This document shows, piece by piece, positions 49,975 to 60,515 of a DNA stretch of 64,000 nucleotides. How positions within the stretch are numbered: the first letter of the stretch is position 1; the number at the start of each line of letters is the position of its first letter. The stretch is from positions 576,001 to 640,000 of the forward strand of contig CM000432.1 of NCBI GenBank assembly GCA_000165345.1. Direction: 5' to 3'. The notes below the pieces were generated by a model that was not told the DNA's origin, did not search any database, and was given only the letters and a program-made list of their open reading frames with translations. The translations under genes were made by a program, and so were the position numbers.

Positions 49975-51930
49975 ATGCCTTTTTTTTATATTAATAATGC
50001 ATTGAACTATCTCTCAATATGTAACATTTCTATTGGATTCATTCTTGTTCTGAAAAAACTAGCCCAATTAAGTTCTGAATATATAGAAAATAATGTCCCA
50101 TCTAATTTCTCAATATTTTACTCAACGGAAACGGGAAATTCAAGAAAAATATCAGAATTGTTCAAGAAACTACTAGATGAAATAAGCATTGAAGCCAATG
50201 TCCGTGAGATAAACTCGATACTAGAAGAAAACATGTATTTAAATAGTAACAATTCGGTGTTTGTTTTCGTAGTTTCTACATGCGGAAATGGGAGCTTTCC
50301 AGCATCGTCGAGGAAATTCATTCGTTATCTTTCGAAAATGATAAAATCTGGGAATGAAATATTTTTAGGAATCAAATACACTATTATTGGCCTTGGAAGC
50401 TCCTTATATGAATACTCTTTTAATTCTGCGGCTTTAAAGCTTGATAAATTGATCTCTTCACTTAAAGGTGAGAAATATTGCGAAATTGCACTCTTGGACG
50501 AAGTGAATGGTAATGAGATTGATTTTAAAACATGGTGGAACAATACATTTTTAAATAGGCTTGGAATTTCAGATTCAAAAGAACATTTGAACAAACATTT
50601 CAGTATAGCTGTAACGAGAAAAAAAGATGAATTTGTTTGTAAATTGAGAAGTATTAATGAAATCTCACTTTATAATCACTCTCTCTCTGGGAATTGCCAC
50701 GTTTCTGAAATTTACTTCAAGCTAATAGAATTTTGCCCCATTAACAGAGAATTATTATGTGAAACAAAAACTATCGATGGCATTGAAAGACAAATTTTTA
50801 ACTTAAAACTTGAACTTCCTGATAAAGTACAATATAAGACATTTGATATTATCGATATACTTCCACCAAACCTCGATGAAAACATTACTTTTTTTTCAAG
50901 CAAAGTATTGGGAATAAACAGTATCGAAGATTTAAAAAATATTACTGTTGAATTTGTGCCAATAAATAACATGACGAGAAATATCAGTGTCCCATTTCCT
51001 AATAATCGCTCTTTAATGCATATACTAAAGTACTATTTTGATCTTATGACTTTACCTCCTCACTCAGTAATGCTACAATTTGTTCCTTATTTAAATTCAA
51101 TAGAAGGAGAGCTTATTTCCAACGAAAGTTTTTTTAATGAAAATAAGGATTCTTATGAGTTTTCTTTTCATTTATTTATAAATCGTTTTATGAAAAGTCT
51201 TATTCCAATACCAATAGAAAAGTTTGTTAAATTTACTGGAATCAGACAATATCCAAGGAGCTATTCAATTTCATCCTCCTCACTCGCTTCACCATCAATG
51301 ATTGATTTAACAATTAGTACGTGTATTAAGGGCCAAATCTCTGCCCCATTAAATGAAATAATTAGCGAAGGGGCGAATAAAAAGAATTCCAAAAAAATTA
51401 TCAAAGGATTGTGTTCAAGTTTTCTTTTTGAATTTGATTTGAATTTGCCTGTACTAGGAATGATAAGGTCATCTTCTCTCAATATAGACAATGTGACATC
51501 ATCTGCACTAATGTTTTCACATGGGAGTGGTATTGCGCCTATTAGAGCACTATTACATGAACGAAAATATTTAATTAATGAAAAAAAAATTATAAAGCCA
51601 GCGTATTTGTTTTACGGATGCAGAACAGAAAATGAAATAATTTATAAAGACGAACTTAAGGACTTTAAAAGAATAGGTGCATTAACTGAAGTTTTTTTTG
51701 CTTTGTCTAAGACACAAAAAAAATACGTTAAAGACATAATTCCTTTTTATAAACACATCATTTTAAAGGTAGTTGATCAAAATGATTCAATAATATATAT
51801 CTGTGGGAAAAAGGAATTTGTTTCAGGGATCAAAAATGAAGTTGCATCGATCATTTCTAATAATCGTTCGAGAAATATTATTAAAAAAATGTTTGTTGAA
51901 GGTAGAATTTTTATAGAATCATGGAATTGA
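49975..51930 (+). CDS. NADPH-dependent diflavin oxidoreductase (CPR/Tah18-like) with N-terminal membrane anchor
   Basis: Flavodoxin-like FMN site FSIFYSTETGNSRKISE. FAD-binding RQYPRSYSISSS (R.YS..SS motif of the CPR/NOS/sulfite-reductase family). C-terminal NADPH domain (LMFSHGSGIAPIRALL, YICG). Hydrophobic N-terminal segment SICNISIGFILVL. Confidence 0.75.
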   Translation: MPFFYINNALNYLSICNISIGFILVLKKLAQLSSEYIENNVPSNFSIFYSTETGNSRKISELFKKLLDEISIEANVREINSILEENMYLNSNNSVFVFVVSTCGNGSFPASSRKFIRYLSKMIKSGNEIFLGIKYTIIGLGSSLYEYSFNSAALKLDKLISSLKGEKYCEIALLDEVNGNEIDFKTWWNNTFLNRLGISDSKEHLNKHFSIAVTRKKDEFVCKLRSINEISLYNHSLSGNCHVSEIYFKLIEFCPINRELLCETKTIDGIERQIFNLKLELPDKVQYKTFDIIDILPPNLDENITFFSSKVLGINSIEDLKNITVEFVPINNMTRNISVPFPNNRSLMHILKYYFDLMTLPPHSVMLQFVPYLNSIEGELISNESFFNENKDSYEFSFHLFINRFMKSLIPIPIEKFVKFTGIRQYPRSYSISSSSLASPSMIDLTISTCIKGQISAPLNEIISEGANKKNSKKIIKGLCSSFLFEFDLNLPVLGMIRSSSLNIDNVTSSALMFSHGSGIAPIRALLHERKYLINEKKIIKPAYLFYGCRTENEIIYKDELKDFKRIGALTEVFFALSKTQKKYVKDIIPFYKHIILKVVDQNDSIIYICGKKEFVSGIKNEVASIISNNRSRNIIKKMFVEGRIFIESWN

Positions 51931-51986
51931 ATTGTATTGAATCCCGCGTCTCTTTGTCTTTGTTCATTTTCTTATTTTTTTTCGAT

Positions 51987-52420
51987 ATGGTGGTAGGTTG
52001 AAACTTGTTCAAATTGATGTTAACATTTGACGATATTTTTAGTTACCTTTATCTGTAATCAGGGCAGCTCATCACAGGCCAATAGTAAGTTGACTCCTAT
52101 CTATGCGAAAAACTTAATTGATTTAGTTGGTAGAGCTAAAAAATGGAGAAACATATTCTGGAATACTAACAGGCGTAGATGGATTTATGAACTTAGCACT
52201 TAATAACGTTATTTGTAATTCAAGAGATGGGAATGGTTTTTTTAAGATGGTTGAGTGTTATATTAGAGGTAATAACATCAAGTTAATCAGAATTAGTGAT
52301 GAGAATATAAATACTGCAAAAGATGATATGACTCAAAGAGAAACTGCTAGGCTCGGAAATAGAGGAAGGCCCAGAAATGAAACAAGAGCTTCGAGAGTTA
52401 GATCTTCTAAATGGGTGTAA
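51987..52420 (+). CDS. LSM4: U6 snRNA-associated Sm-like protein LSm4; three exons (51987..51989, 52043..52084, 52127..52420)
   Basis: Track ORF 52127..52420 starts at a TTG and matches the LSm4 Sm fold ([60 protein letters not shown] vs human [60 protein letters not shown]). An upstream exon LPLSVIRAAHHRPI matches human LPLSLLKTAQNHPM and is flanked by a ...tttttag acceptor and a GTAAGT donor. The initiator ATG at 51987 is followed at once by intron GTGGTAGG...TTTTTAG. Introns are 53 and 42 nt. Confidence 0.75.
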
Positions 52421-52596
52421 TTACTTTTAACCTGTAATTTACCCAATCATTCTAGCGCTAGGTTAAATTTTTTTTTTTGAAAAAAAATTATTTTCTTCCT
52501 CGAATTCGAGTATGATCTAACCAATCTATAATCTGTCACGCTGCAATTATCAGAAATATTTAATTTAAATCTTGAAAATTTTGCTTAGAAAATTTA

Positions 52597-55500
52597 ATGA
52601 TAGGAAGCGATGATTCTTTTGAACCAAATATACAAAATCAAACTGTTCAATCTTCTATGGCTACAAAGTCTTCAAATACGTTTCATTCCATCTTCAATAA
52701 GGACGAAAAATTGCTTGAAATGAGTTCTCAGTCCTCTTTAAAGGATGTGAACTCATACTCACCAAATATTGCTACATATAATTGTATAGGAAATAATTCA
52801 TCCCCTTCTTCAAGAATTGTATCGCCAATTTCAAGTGCAAGTTTTTTTGTTGATATGACGCCCAATGGAAGGCATTTACTGCACGCAGAAGTAGCTGATG
52901 AAGAACCAAATCCAGAAACTTGCTCGCCTAATCCTCAAAAATTCCTTCAAAATAGGTTAAATTTATTAGCTAGTCGCAACTTGCTAAACCATTATGTTAA
53001 TTCAAACGAAAACAATTACTTCGGAAAACAATTAAGCTCTGATGTTATTTCGAGTATACCTGATTTGCAGTATAATGAAACGGCTGTTCAAGATATGGTT
53101 ATTAATAAGCTAAGCATGTCAACTCAAATGTTACCAGATACAATTGAAGAGGCAAGAAAAAGGGATCCAGAATTTGTCTCAAAAGCATTGGAACAAACTT
53201 TAGAATATAGTGAAGCGCAGAAACCAATACACTATTGGAGTCAAATTGAATTAGATATGCTAATTAACGAGCTATCTGCAAATATCATTGATGGGATTGA
53301 TGAAGGTAAGGCAATAGAGCTCATGGAAAAAAAATATGGCCCAAATAAACTTCAGAAAGAAAAACATGAACCAATTTGGAGAATTTTCCTTAGCCAATTC
53401 ACATCGCTTGTTGTTTCATTGCTATTAGTCGCAGGGATAGTTTCACTAGCGTTTCAAGAATGGGTTGAAGGAATTGGGATTTTATTTATCGTTTTGATTA
53501 ACGCAAGCCTTGCAACATATATGGAAAATAATGCATCTAATGCACTTGCGAAACTAGCGGACTTATCCTCTCCAAAATGCACAGTAATAAGGTCTGGAAT
53601 AATAAATATAATACCTGCATATAATTTAATCCCAGGCGATATTGTGCTGTTGAGAACTGGCGATAGCGTCCCCGCAGATGTTAGGTTAATTGAAGCTACT
53701 GAAATTAAGTGTAATGAAGCTTTGCTTACTGGTGAATCGGAAGATGTATCAAAGCACTTGGTCAGCCCTGATCCAAATAATCCTTTCCCAACAAATATTT
53801 GCTTTGCATCAACTGCAATTACAAATGGAACAGGCAAAGCAATTGTTGTACTTACCGGGATGAACACACAAATAGGGAGGATTGCGCAACAACTGAAACT
53901 TGCAAGCGGTGGTTCAAATAGTGGCACTCCGTTACAAATCGGATTAAATAGGCTTGGGGGATTTATAGGATTTATGTCATTAATCGTATTGGTAATAATA
54001 GTAATTGTGGCTTTGCTCACAAACTATAAAGATCCATCTCATCCGAACAGTAACCCTGTATTCGGTATCATTCTTGTTGCTGTTGGGTTTGCTGTGTCAT
54101 CTATACCAGAAGGTTTACCTATGGTAGTAACAATATGTCTTTCAATTGGGTGCTCTGAAATGTGTAGAAGGAAAGCTAATATTAGAAAGCTACCAGCAGT
54201 TGAGACTTTAGGATGCTGCTCAGTTATTTGTAGTGATAAAACTGGCACGTTAACAGAAGGAAAAATGACAGCAGTTAAATTAGCTACTTTCTCTAGAAAT
54301 AATACCAAGACATTAAATATATCTCCCACAGGTAATGAACAATCACCTTCTTTTGTGGAATACCAAGAAAGTAACTCTTGTGTTTTCTCATTTTACCCTA
54401 CAAGAGGTAGCGACCCAAATGGAGGAATTTTTTTATCGTCTTCTCTCACACAAAATATTAAAGAAGAAATAATGAACCTAATACATTTTAATAAAAACAA
54501 AACAATAGAGATGACAGAAAATCATATTCTTGAAAGTAATTTTGAAATGCCTCCAGATGACAAAATCCCATATAAATTCATTAATTACAATTCAATTTGT
54601 AAAGACTTTGGGGACCCTTTAAATAGCCATCTTCCCCAAACTAAATATGTTAGGAGTGCGCTTTTAGCAGGATACTTAAACAGCTACGGAACTGCCTTAG
54701 TGTATGATAATGAAAGCAATTCATGGAAAACTAGAGGAAATATGAGCGAAGGAGCGATAGTTGTAGCTGCAGCCAAAGCATCTTATGGAATAAAAAATAA
54801 AATTTTTGACTCAAGGAAACAAGATATTGAATCAAAACAAAGTAGTACAAAGAAAAGTGGTCATTTAATTCGTTCTAAATTAAATGATCAGAACTTTAAA
54901 ACCATTAATAATGGGAACAATCCTGCTACTGAAGTTGCTACTTCTGGTAGCTCTCCTACTCAATGCGCACTCGATTCGAACTCCACTGATAGCAATAAAC
55001 TAAAAAATTATATAATTGATGGAGTAAACACAGAAAATAAGACAAATTTGGTTATTGAAGATGAAATTGAGTATTTAAGGGTCCCTTCTGTAGAAGTACC
55101 TTTTACTTCTTCCAGAAAAATGATGATGACTGTACATTCTCTGTCCACACCAAACAAATTTGGAGATATATTTTTTTCAAATACTGATTCAAAATCAAAT
55201 AAACAAACTAATCTTCAAAATAAAGTTTCAAATTCTAATTCTCAGAGGTATTCAAAGACAGTAGATAACCTTGATTCTGGCGTTTACACTCATGTTGCAA
55301 TATTAAAAGGTGCCCCTGACAGAATTGTTAAACATATAGGTTTTATGCTTAATACAGATTGGAAAAATGAAGAACCAATGGTTCATATAGATTATTCGGA
55401 AAAAATAAATCCAAAAGAAATCTTTGAAATAGAAAACACGAATAAAGTTTTGAGTGGGGAAGCCTTGAGAGTTCTCGGAATTGCAATTCTCCCATTAACT

Positions 55501-57183
55501 AGTGAAGACTTTTTTGATTTAGTCACAGAAGAATGCAGCGATAAAAGGTTACAATATGTTTTAGACAAAAATGAACTTACTCTTTTGGGGCTGATAGGAT
55601 TTCTTGATCCTCCCAGGCCTGGAGTTGAGAAGGCAATCACCAAGTGCTGTGAAGCAGGTGTAAGAGTAATTATGATTACAGGAGATCAACAACCAACAGC
55701 ATGTGCAATTGCAAGGTCAATTGGATTACTTGCAGATGAGTATGAATATAAAAATAGTTACGAAGGCAGTGCAGACTTACATAATGCAACATCTGGGTCT
55801 ATTATTTGTAACCAATTGCATGAGAACGGCGATGCTTCTAGACCGCATTTATCAAATGAGTTATTTGATAAGATTGTTTCATCTGTAAGCGTATTTTGTA
55901 GAGCTCAACCAGAAGATAAAATAGCGATTGTTCGTTCGCTTCAAAGGCAGGGGGAGGTTGTTGCAATGACAGGGGATGGCGTAAATGATGCGCCTGCATT
56001 AAAAGCTGCTGATATTGGAGTTGCAATGGGGATAAGTGGTACTGAGGTTGCAAAGGGTGCTTCTGAAATGGTTTTGCTTGATGATAACTTTGTGACTATA
56101 GTAAATGCAATTGAGGAGGGGAGGAAAATATATTCAAATGTACAGAAATTTGTCGCATTTTTACTTGGAACGAATATTGGAGAAATAATTTATTTATCAA
56201 TTGCAATTGCAGCACAACTTCCTATTCCAATAGCTGCACTTCAAATACTGTTTTTAAACTTAATGTCAGATGGTGGGCCTGCAGTAGCTCTCAGCGTTGA
56301 TCCCCCAGATCCAAATATGATGAAAGTTCCTCCCAGACCAAAAAAAAGCCCAATTATGACAAGAGACTGGTGGATATTTGGAAATATTCCTCATGCCATC
56401 TTCGAGGCTATTTGCGTCCTTTCTGTACTGATAATTTCAATGTATACATCTTTAGGAGTTTTTCAAAGGAATGCGATTGAATCACTTTGTCTCCATGATT
56501 CAAATAATAGATACTTTTGCCAAACTAATGAATGGAGATTAAATTTAATTGACTTAGAAAAAACCGGATGGGTAACAAATATTGATTTTTATAACCCTTT
56601 AACAAACAGCATGGAACAAATCTTGGGTGTTACTAAAGGAAAGTTAAATTCAACACTTTCACCTTCTGAAATTCCATATGTTAAAGGTTTATACGAAAAA
56701 GCGGAGAGATTGGGAATTTCTTGCGTAGCTGGGAAACATGGTTGGTGTATTCCTCAACAAAAGATCACAAATGACGAGTATATTGATTTGGTTGCTTTCG
56801 GTACAATAAGAGGCAGGACTGCCTCTTTTATTGCTGCTGTATTCTGTGAAATGCTACGAGCGTACACTGTTAGAACTTGGGATTGGTTTACAAAACCTCT
56901 ATTTAACAATCCATGGCTTCATTTTGCTTGTAGCTTAAGCGCTAGTAGCACACTGATTGTAACATTCACGCCTGGCTTACAACAAATTTTTGGAACTCAT
57001 ACAATATATTGGTGGCTTTACATTCTAGCTATTGGTGCGGGATTTCTGAATATGGCATTTGATGAATTAGTGCCTAAGCCTCTATACCGAAGAATTGTCG
57101 AAAGAAGAAGAATAAGGGCAAAGTTACTAGCTGAGAGAGATGTAAATTGGATTACTAGATCTGAACAATTTGAAAATACTTAG
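52597..57183 (+). CDS. P-type cation-transporting ATPase, type II Ca2+-ATPase-like (1528 aa)
   Basis: KYGPNKL N-terminal motif, TGES, TM4 IPEGLPMVVTICLSIG, phosphorylation site CSDKTGTLTEGKMT, hinge MTGDGVNDAPALKAADIGVAMG. About 190-aa N-terminal extension and a about 300-aa Ser/Asn-rich insertion in the N/P-domain region. Confidence 0.85.
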   Translation: MIGSDDSFEPNIQNQTVQSSMATKSSNTFHSIFNKDEKLLEMSSQSSLKDVNSYSPNIATYNCIGNNSSPSSRIVSPISSASFFVDMTPNGRHLLHAEVADEEPNPETCSPNPQKFLQNRLNLLASRNLLNHYVNSNENNYFGKQLSSDVISSIPDLQYNETAVQDMVINKLSMSTQMLPDTIEEARKRDPEFVSKALEQTLEYSEAQKPIHYWSQIELDMLINELSANIIDGIDEGKAIELMEKKYGPNKLQKEKHEPIWRIFLSQFTSLVVSLLLVAGIVSLAFQEWVEGIGILFIVLINASLATYMENNASNALAKLADLSSPKCTVIRSGIINIIPAYNLIPGDIVLLRTGDSVPADVRLIEATEIKCNEALLTGESEDVSKHLVSPDPNNPFPTNICFASTAITNGTGKAIVVLTGMNTQIGRIAQQLKLASGGSNSGTPLQIGLNRLGGFIGFMSLIVLVIIVIVALLTNYKDPSHPNSNPVFGIILVAVGFAVSSIPEGLPMVVTICLSIGCSEMCRRKANIRKLPAVETLGCCSVICSDKTGTLTEGKMTAVKLATFSRNNTKTLNISPTGNEQSPSFVEYQESNSCVFSFYPTRGSDPNGGIFLSSSLTQNIKEEIMNLIHFNKNKTIEMTENHILESNFEMPPDDKIPYKFINYNSICKDFGDPLNSHLPQTKYVRSALLAGYLNSYGTALVYDNESNSWKTRGNMSEGAIVVAAAKASYGIKNKIFDSRKQDIESKQSSTKKSGHLIRSKLNDQNFKTINNGNNPATEVATSGSSPTQCALDSNSTDSNKLKNYIIDGVNTENKTNLVIEDEIEYLRVPSVEVPFTSSRKMMMTVHSLSTPNKFGDIFFSNTDSKSNKQTNLQNKVSNSNSQRYSKTVDNLDSGVYTHVAILKGAPDRIVKHIGFMLNTDWKNEEPMVHIDYSEKINPKEIFEIENTNKVLSGEALRVLGIAILPLTSEDFFDLVTEECSDKRLQYVLDKNELTLLGLIGFLDPPRPGVEKAITKCCEAGVRVIMITGDQQPTACAIARSIGLLADEYEYKNSYEGSADLHNATSGSIICNQLHENGDASRPHLSNELFDKIVSSVSVFCRAQPEDKIAIVRSLQRQGEVVAMTGDGVNDAPALKAADIGVAMGISGTEVAKGASEMVLLDDNFVTIVNAIEEGRKIYSNVQKFVAFLLGTNIGEIIYLSIAIAAQLPIPIAALQILFLNLMSDGGPAVALSVDPPDPNMMKVPPRPKKSPIMTRDWWIFGNIPHAIFEAICVLSVLIISMYTSLGVFQRNAIESLCLHDSNNRYFCQTNEWRLNLIDLEKTGWVTNIDFYNPLTNSMEQILGVTKGKLNSTLSPSEIPYVKGLYEKAERLGISCVAGKHGWCIPQQKITNDEYIDLVAFGTIRGRTASFIAAVFCEMLRAYTVRTWDWFTKPLFNNPWLHFACSLSASSTLIVTFTPGLQQIFGTHTIYWWLYILAIGAGFLNMAFDELVPKPLYRRIVERRRIRAKLLAERDVNWITRSEQFENT

Positions 57184-57433
57184 TTTATTAGATTTTGTAT
57201 ATTTAAAATTTACTTAAGGAGAATTTAGTTAAATCACTGTTTTATAATTACCTAGTACATCTATTTTAAAAAATTATCCAAATGAGAAAATAGCCATACA
57301 GCTTAGTTAGTATCCTGTAAATAATTACAGACTAATTGGTATATAAAAATGCAATCAAACTAAATGTGTAAGATTACATGTAATTGCTCATTTAATTGTA
57401 GGGAGTACGAAATTATTCGAGTTAAAGTTTAGT

Positions 57434-57441
57434 GGCGGGAA
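57434..57441 (+). promoter_or_regulatory. E2F-like GGCGGGAA motif about 95 nt upstream of the coiled-coil gene ATG
   Basis: agtGGCGGGAAct lies in a locally GC-rich island (57430-57500, ...ccgcttctatcgcgccg...) inside an AT-rich intergenic region. Confidence 0.3.
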
Positions 57442-57532
57442 CTAATTACCGCTTCTATCGCGCCGAATTTTGTGGGGGCTTGACTCCACGTGCATGTATT
57501 AAAAAATTATTGCATATAAGTAATATTAACAC

Positions 57533-60496
57533 ATGTACAAATCTGCGCATGAAGAATTTTTTGATTTTATATTAAAATCGCATGTAAGCGATCCAAAGCT
57601 AAATCTGAGCCATGAAACTAAATCCAATGAGTCACTTGAAAAAAAAAAGTTGTCTGGAACACCTACTCGAAACATAAAATCAGAATTGGATGAGAATGTA
57701 CATACGTCTAACAAATCAAGAAAAAAAAATCGAAAATTAAATATTGAAGATAATTCGATGCTTTTGACTGAACATCCAAAAACGACTAATGAGCTACTTA
57801 AGGAGTTAGCTCAGACAGTTAAGGAAGGACAGTCTTTACAAAAAGATGTAGAAGTATTGAAAAAAGTTGTGTTTAATCAAAATTCAAGATCTAACCAATT
57901 CTGTTTTGTCCCAAATGGCCTTGAAATTGTGGGATTTAATTCAACTGAACTTGATCAGCCAAAGGACAACTTAATTTCGAATAGCTATTTGGAAGAAAAA
58001 AATTTAGGCTTTTCTGGACAACTGGAATATTATGTCAACAATATTGAGTCTATTGATTACGGTCAAAAAAGTGGAATTCAACCTATATCCGTACCAATTC
58101 TACGTATGAATACTATTGATACCCGAAAAAATGTGCTCAATACTCATTCAGTTGCACAACATTTTAAATTTAATTTAATGAGGATTTTGAAAAGAATCAA
58201 ACAGACAGAAGAAGTTCAAGTATATATTAGAAGTTTATATCAACAACTTAAATCAGAAATGATTTGCCATATTGAAGAAGAGAAGGCTATTGTAGCTAAA
58301 TTGATAGATGAACTAAAATCAATACACAATGTAAATTTTAAGTACAAAAGTAGTTTAAGGGAGAAAGACACACTAATAGTTAAACTAAATGGTTCAATTG
58401 ACACATTAAATGTTGAAAATAAAGATTTGAGTGAAAAATATGATACTATTTTTAAAGAAAAGAGATTATTCGAAAAAGAAATGAGTACTCGTTTACATAA
58501 TTTAGAAAAAGAGAACAATGATCTTAAGTCCTTCGTAGAAAAAATCAAGGATGAACACGAACAAACAAAATCTGAACTAAAGAAAGCAAAAGAACAGTCG
58601 AGTGAATTTGACAAGTTTATGTCTCAGCTTAAGAGTATGGGGATAATTGAGAAGATTGACGGTTCAAAGTACCTAGTTAACAATGAAAACAGGACACTAA
58701 ACGATGAATTGAAATTTTTAAAAGATCTGCTAAAGGATAAAAGAGATAGAGAAGAGTTGCTACATAAGAATATTTCACAGTTATCTGATGAGAACAGTAA
58801 ATTAAATACAAATTATAAAGAAAATAAAACATGTTTAGATAAAAAAATTCGAGAAAATTGTATTTTACAGTCAATACTAGAAAACTATAAAGAAAGAATT
58901 GGAGAGCTTGAAGAAAAAAATTGTTCATTGCAATCTGAAATAAATAACTGGAAAATTAAGATTGAACTTGGGATTGAAGAAGAAAAAAAGACAAAGATTA
59001 AAATTTTAGAATTAGAATCGGAATTGCAGTCTTGTAAGCATGAATTGAATGCAAAGTCATTGGAATTTAATAATTCTTTAAGTAGACTCGGACAAGCATA
59101 TGTCGAACTGAATGAAACAAAGCAATCACTTAAAGATTCTAAATATGAATTGGAAAATTTTAGAGAAAAAATAAAGTCGATGAATAGAGAAAATAAGGAA
59201 TTAAATGACGCACTCTCAAGCCAATTTCATTTAAATAGAAAGAAAGAAATCGAAATAGAATCATTAAAAAAGGATTATGAAAAAATTACAAATAATTTAG
59301 AAAATGAAAAGTTATCTAATAATAATTTAAGGAACAAGATAACAGAACTTGAAATAAATTGTTCGAAAATAGAAAATGAAAGATTTGAGATTCATAAAGA
59401 ACTTAATAATAGATGCATTATTGAAATTGAAAAAAAAGAATCTTTGGAAAAGGTATCAAAGGAATACAGCGAGTTGAAGAAGGAATTAGTGCAGAAAGAT
59501 GTGCAAATAAACAAACTCAAGGATGAGTTAAAAGAGACAGTTAGCCGCTTTGAAAGTGAATCTTTAAATAAAATTAATTTATTAGAAAACCAGCTAAATG
59601 AAAAATATAAACGTGATATTCATGCAATTGAAGAATCAAAAAGAAATATTTGTATTGAAAATGAAAACTTGCTTGAAGAAATGATCCACCAAAAAAAGAT
59701 GATACAAGAACTAATTTATGAGAAAATATCGTTAAACAGTGAAGTTAATTCATTAAAAGAAGCTGCAGAGGTTAATAAAAAGCAATTTGAAAACTCAATC
59801 CAAATTCTCTCAAAGGAGCTGTCAGCGCTACAAGAATTGGGAAGCAGTAAAATTATTGATTATCATGAAGAGAGCAATGTTAGAAGTTTTATTAAACATA
59901 TTTTAAAACAGAATTCGGAAGTTGACTTACGAGATGCTGAAAATTGCATTAATCAAGTTGAGTTACACCAAATACAAAGTACAACTGCTCCACCAAGTAA
60001 TTATAGCGTATTAAAAACAGAGAATGATTATTTTAGTCTTGATCAAAATATATTTAATGACAAATTCTTAAATACTCCTATAATGGAATGCAGTGATTTT
60101 TTCCAAGTTGAAGCGTCCTTATCTGCTCAATGCGAAATGGCGTATATTGACATAATTTCACAAACTGAAAGATTTAAAGACCTTTCGAATAAACTCAAAA
60201 GCCTTGAGGAGATTTTGATTAGAAATGGTGAAAAGAGTATATCAGAAATAGTACTAACTCTTTTTTGTGACCTTGAAAATATGGGTATTTCGTCTAAAGA
60301 ACTACTTAAGATAGTGAATTCAGAAAACAAGTCCAAGATTGAAATAGACAATGAGCTTTCAAATAAAATAACAGAAATAAGCCGAGCCTGGGTTCTTGAA
60401 GCAGAAGCTTCTAAACAAATACTTGACAATGCTCATAAAATAAGAAATGCCGCAGCAAAAGAAAGAATGATGTGGATAGAAAAAAAATTTAAATAG
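57533..60496 (+). CDS. long coiled-coil protein (987 aa)
   Basis: ATG at 57533. Around 700 residues of heptad-like Glu/Lys/Leu/Asn-rich sequence (KELNDAL, LENEKLSNNNLRNKITELE...) and no motor or enzymatic motif. Confidence 0.6.
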   Translation: MYKSAHEEFFDFILKSHVSDPKLNLSHETKSNESLEKKKLSGTPTRNIKSELDENVHTSNKSRKKNRKLNIEDNSMLLTEHPKTTNELLKELAQTVKEGQSLQKDVEVLKKVVFNQNSRSNQFCFVPNGLEIVGFNSTELDQPKDNLISNSYLEEKNLGFSGQLEYYVNNIESIDYGQKSGIQPISVPILRMNTIDTRKNVLNTHSVAQHFKFNLMRILKRIKQTEEVQVYIRSLYQQLKSEMICHIEEEKAIVAKLIDELKSIHNVNFKYKSSLREKDTLIVKLNGSIDTLNVENKDLSEKYDTIFKEKRLFEKEMSTRLHNLEKENNDLKSFVEKIKDEHEQTKSELKKAKEQSSEFDKFMSQLKSMGIIEKIDGSKYLVNNENRTLNDELKFLKDLLKDKRDREELLHKNISQLSDENSKLNTNYKENKTCLDKKIRENCILQSILENYKERIGELEEKNCSLQSEINNWKIKIELGIEEEKKTKIKILELESELQSCKHELNAKSLEFNNSLSRLGQAYVELNETKQSLKDSKYELENFREKIKSMNRENKELNDALSSQFHLNRKKEIEIESLKKDYEKITNNLENEKLSNNNLRNKITELEINCSKIENERFEIHKELNNRCIIEIEKKESLEKVSKEYSELKKELVQKDVQINKLKDELKETVSRFESESLNKINLLENQLNEKYKRDIHAIEESKRNICIENENLLEEMIHQKKMIQELIYEKISLNSEVNSLKEAAEVNKKQFENSIQILSKELSALQELGSSKIIDYHEESNVRSFIKHILKQNSEVDLRDAENCINQVELHQIQSTTAPPSNYSVLKTENDYFSLDQNIFNDKFLNTPIMECSDFFQVEASLSAQCEMAYIDIISQTERFKDLSNKLKSLEEILIRNGEKSISEIVLTLFCDLENMGISSKELLKIVNSENKSKIEIDNELSNKITEISRAWVLEAEASKQILDNAHKIRNAAAKERMMWIEKKFK

Positions 60497-60515
60497 CGTT
60501 TATAGCAAATATAAG

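Noticed and set aside
52468-52487. T11-G-A8 inverted homopolymer (ttttttttttt g aaaaaaaa) downstream of LSm4
   Set aside because: A perfect A/T hairpin with a 1-nt loop is unlikely to be a functional structured element. It is most likely low-complexity 3' UTR or spacer sequence.
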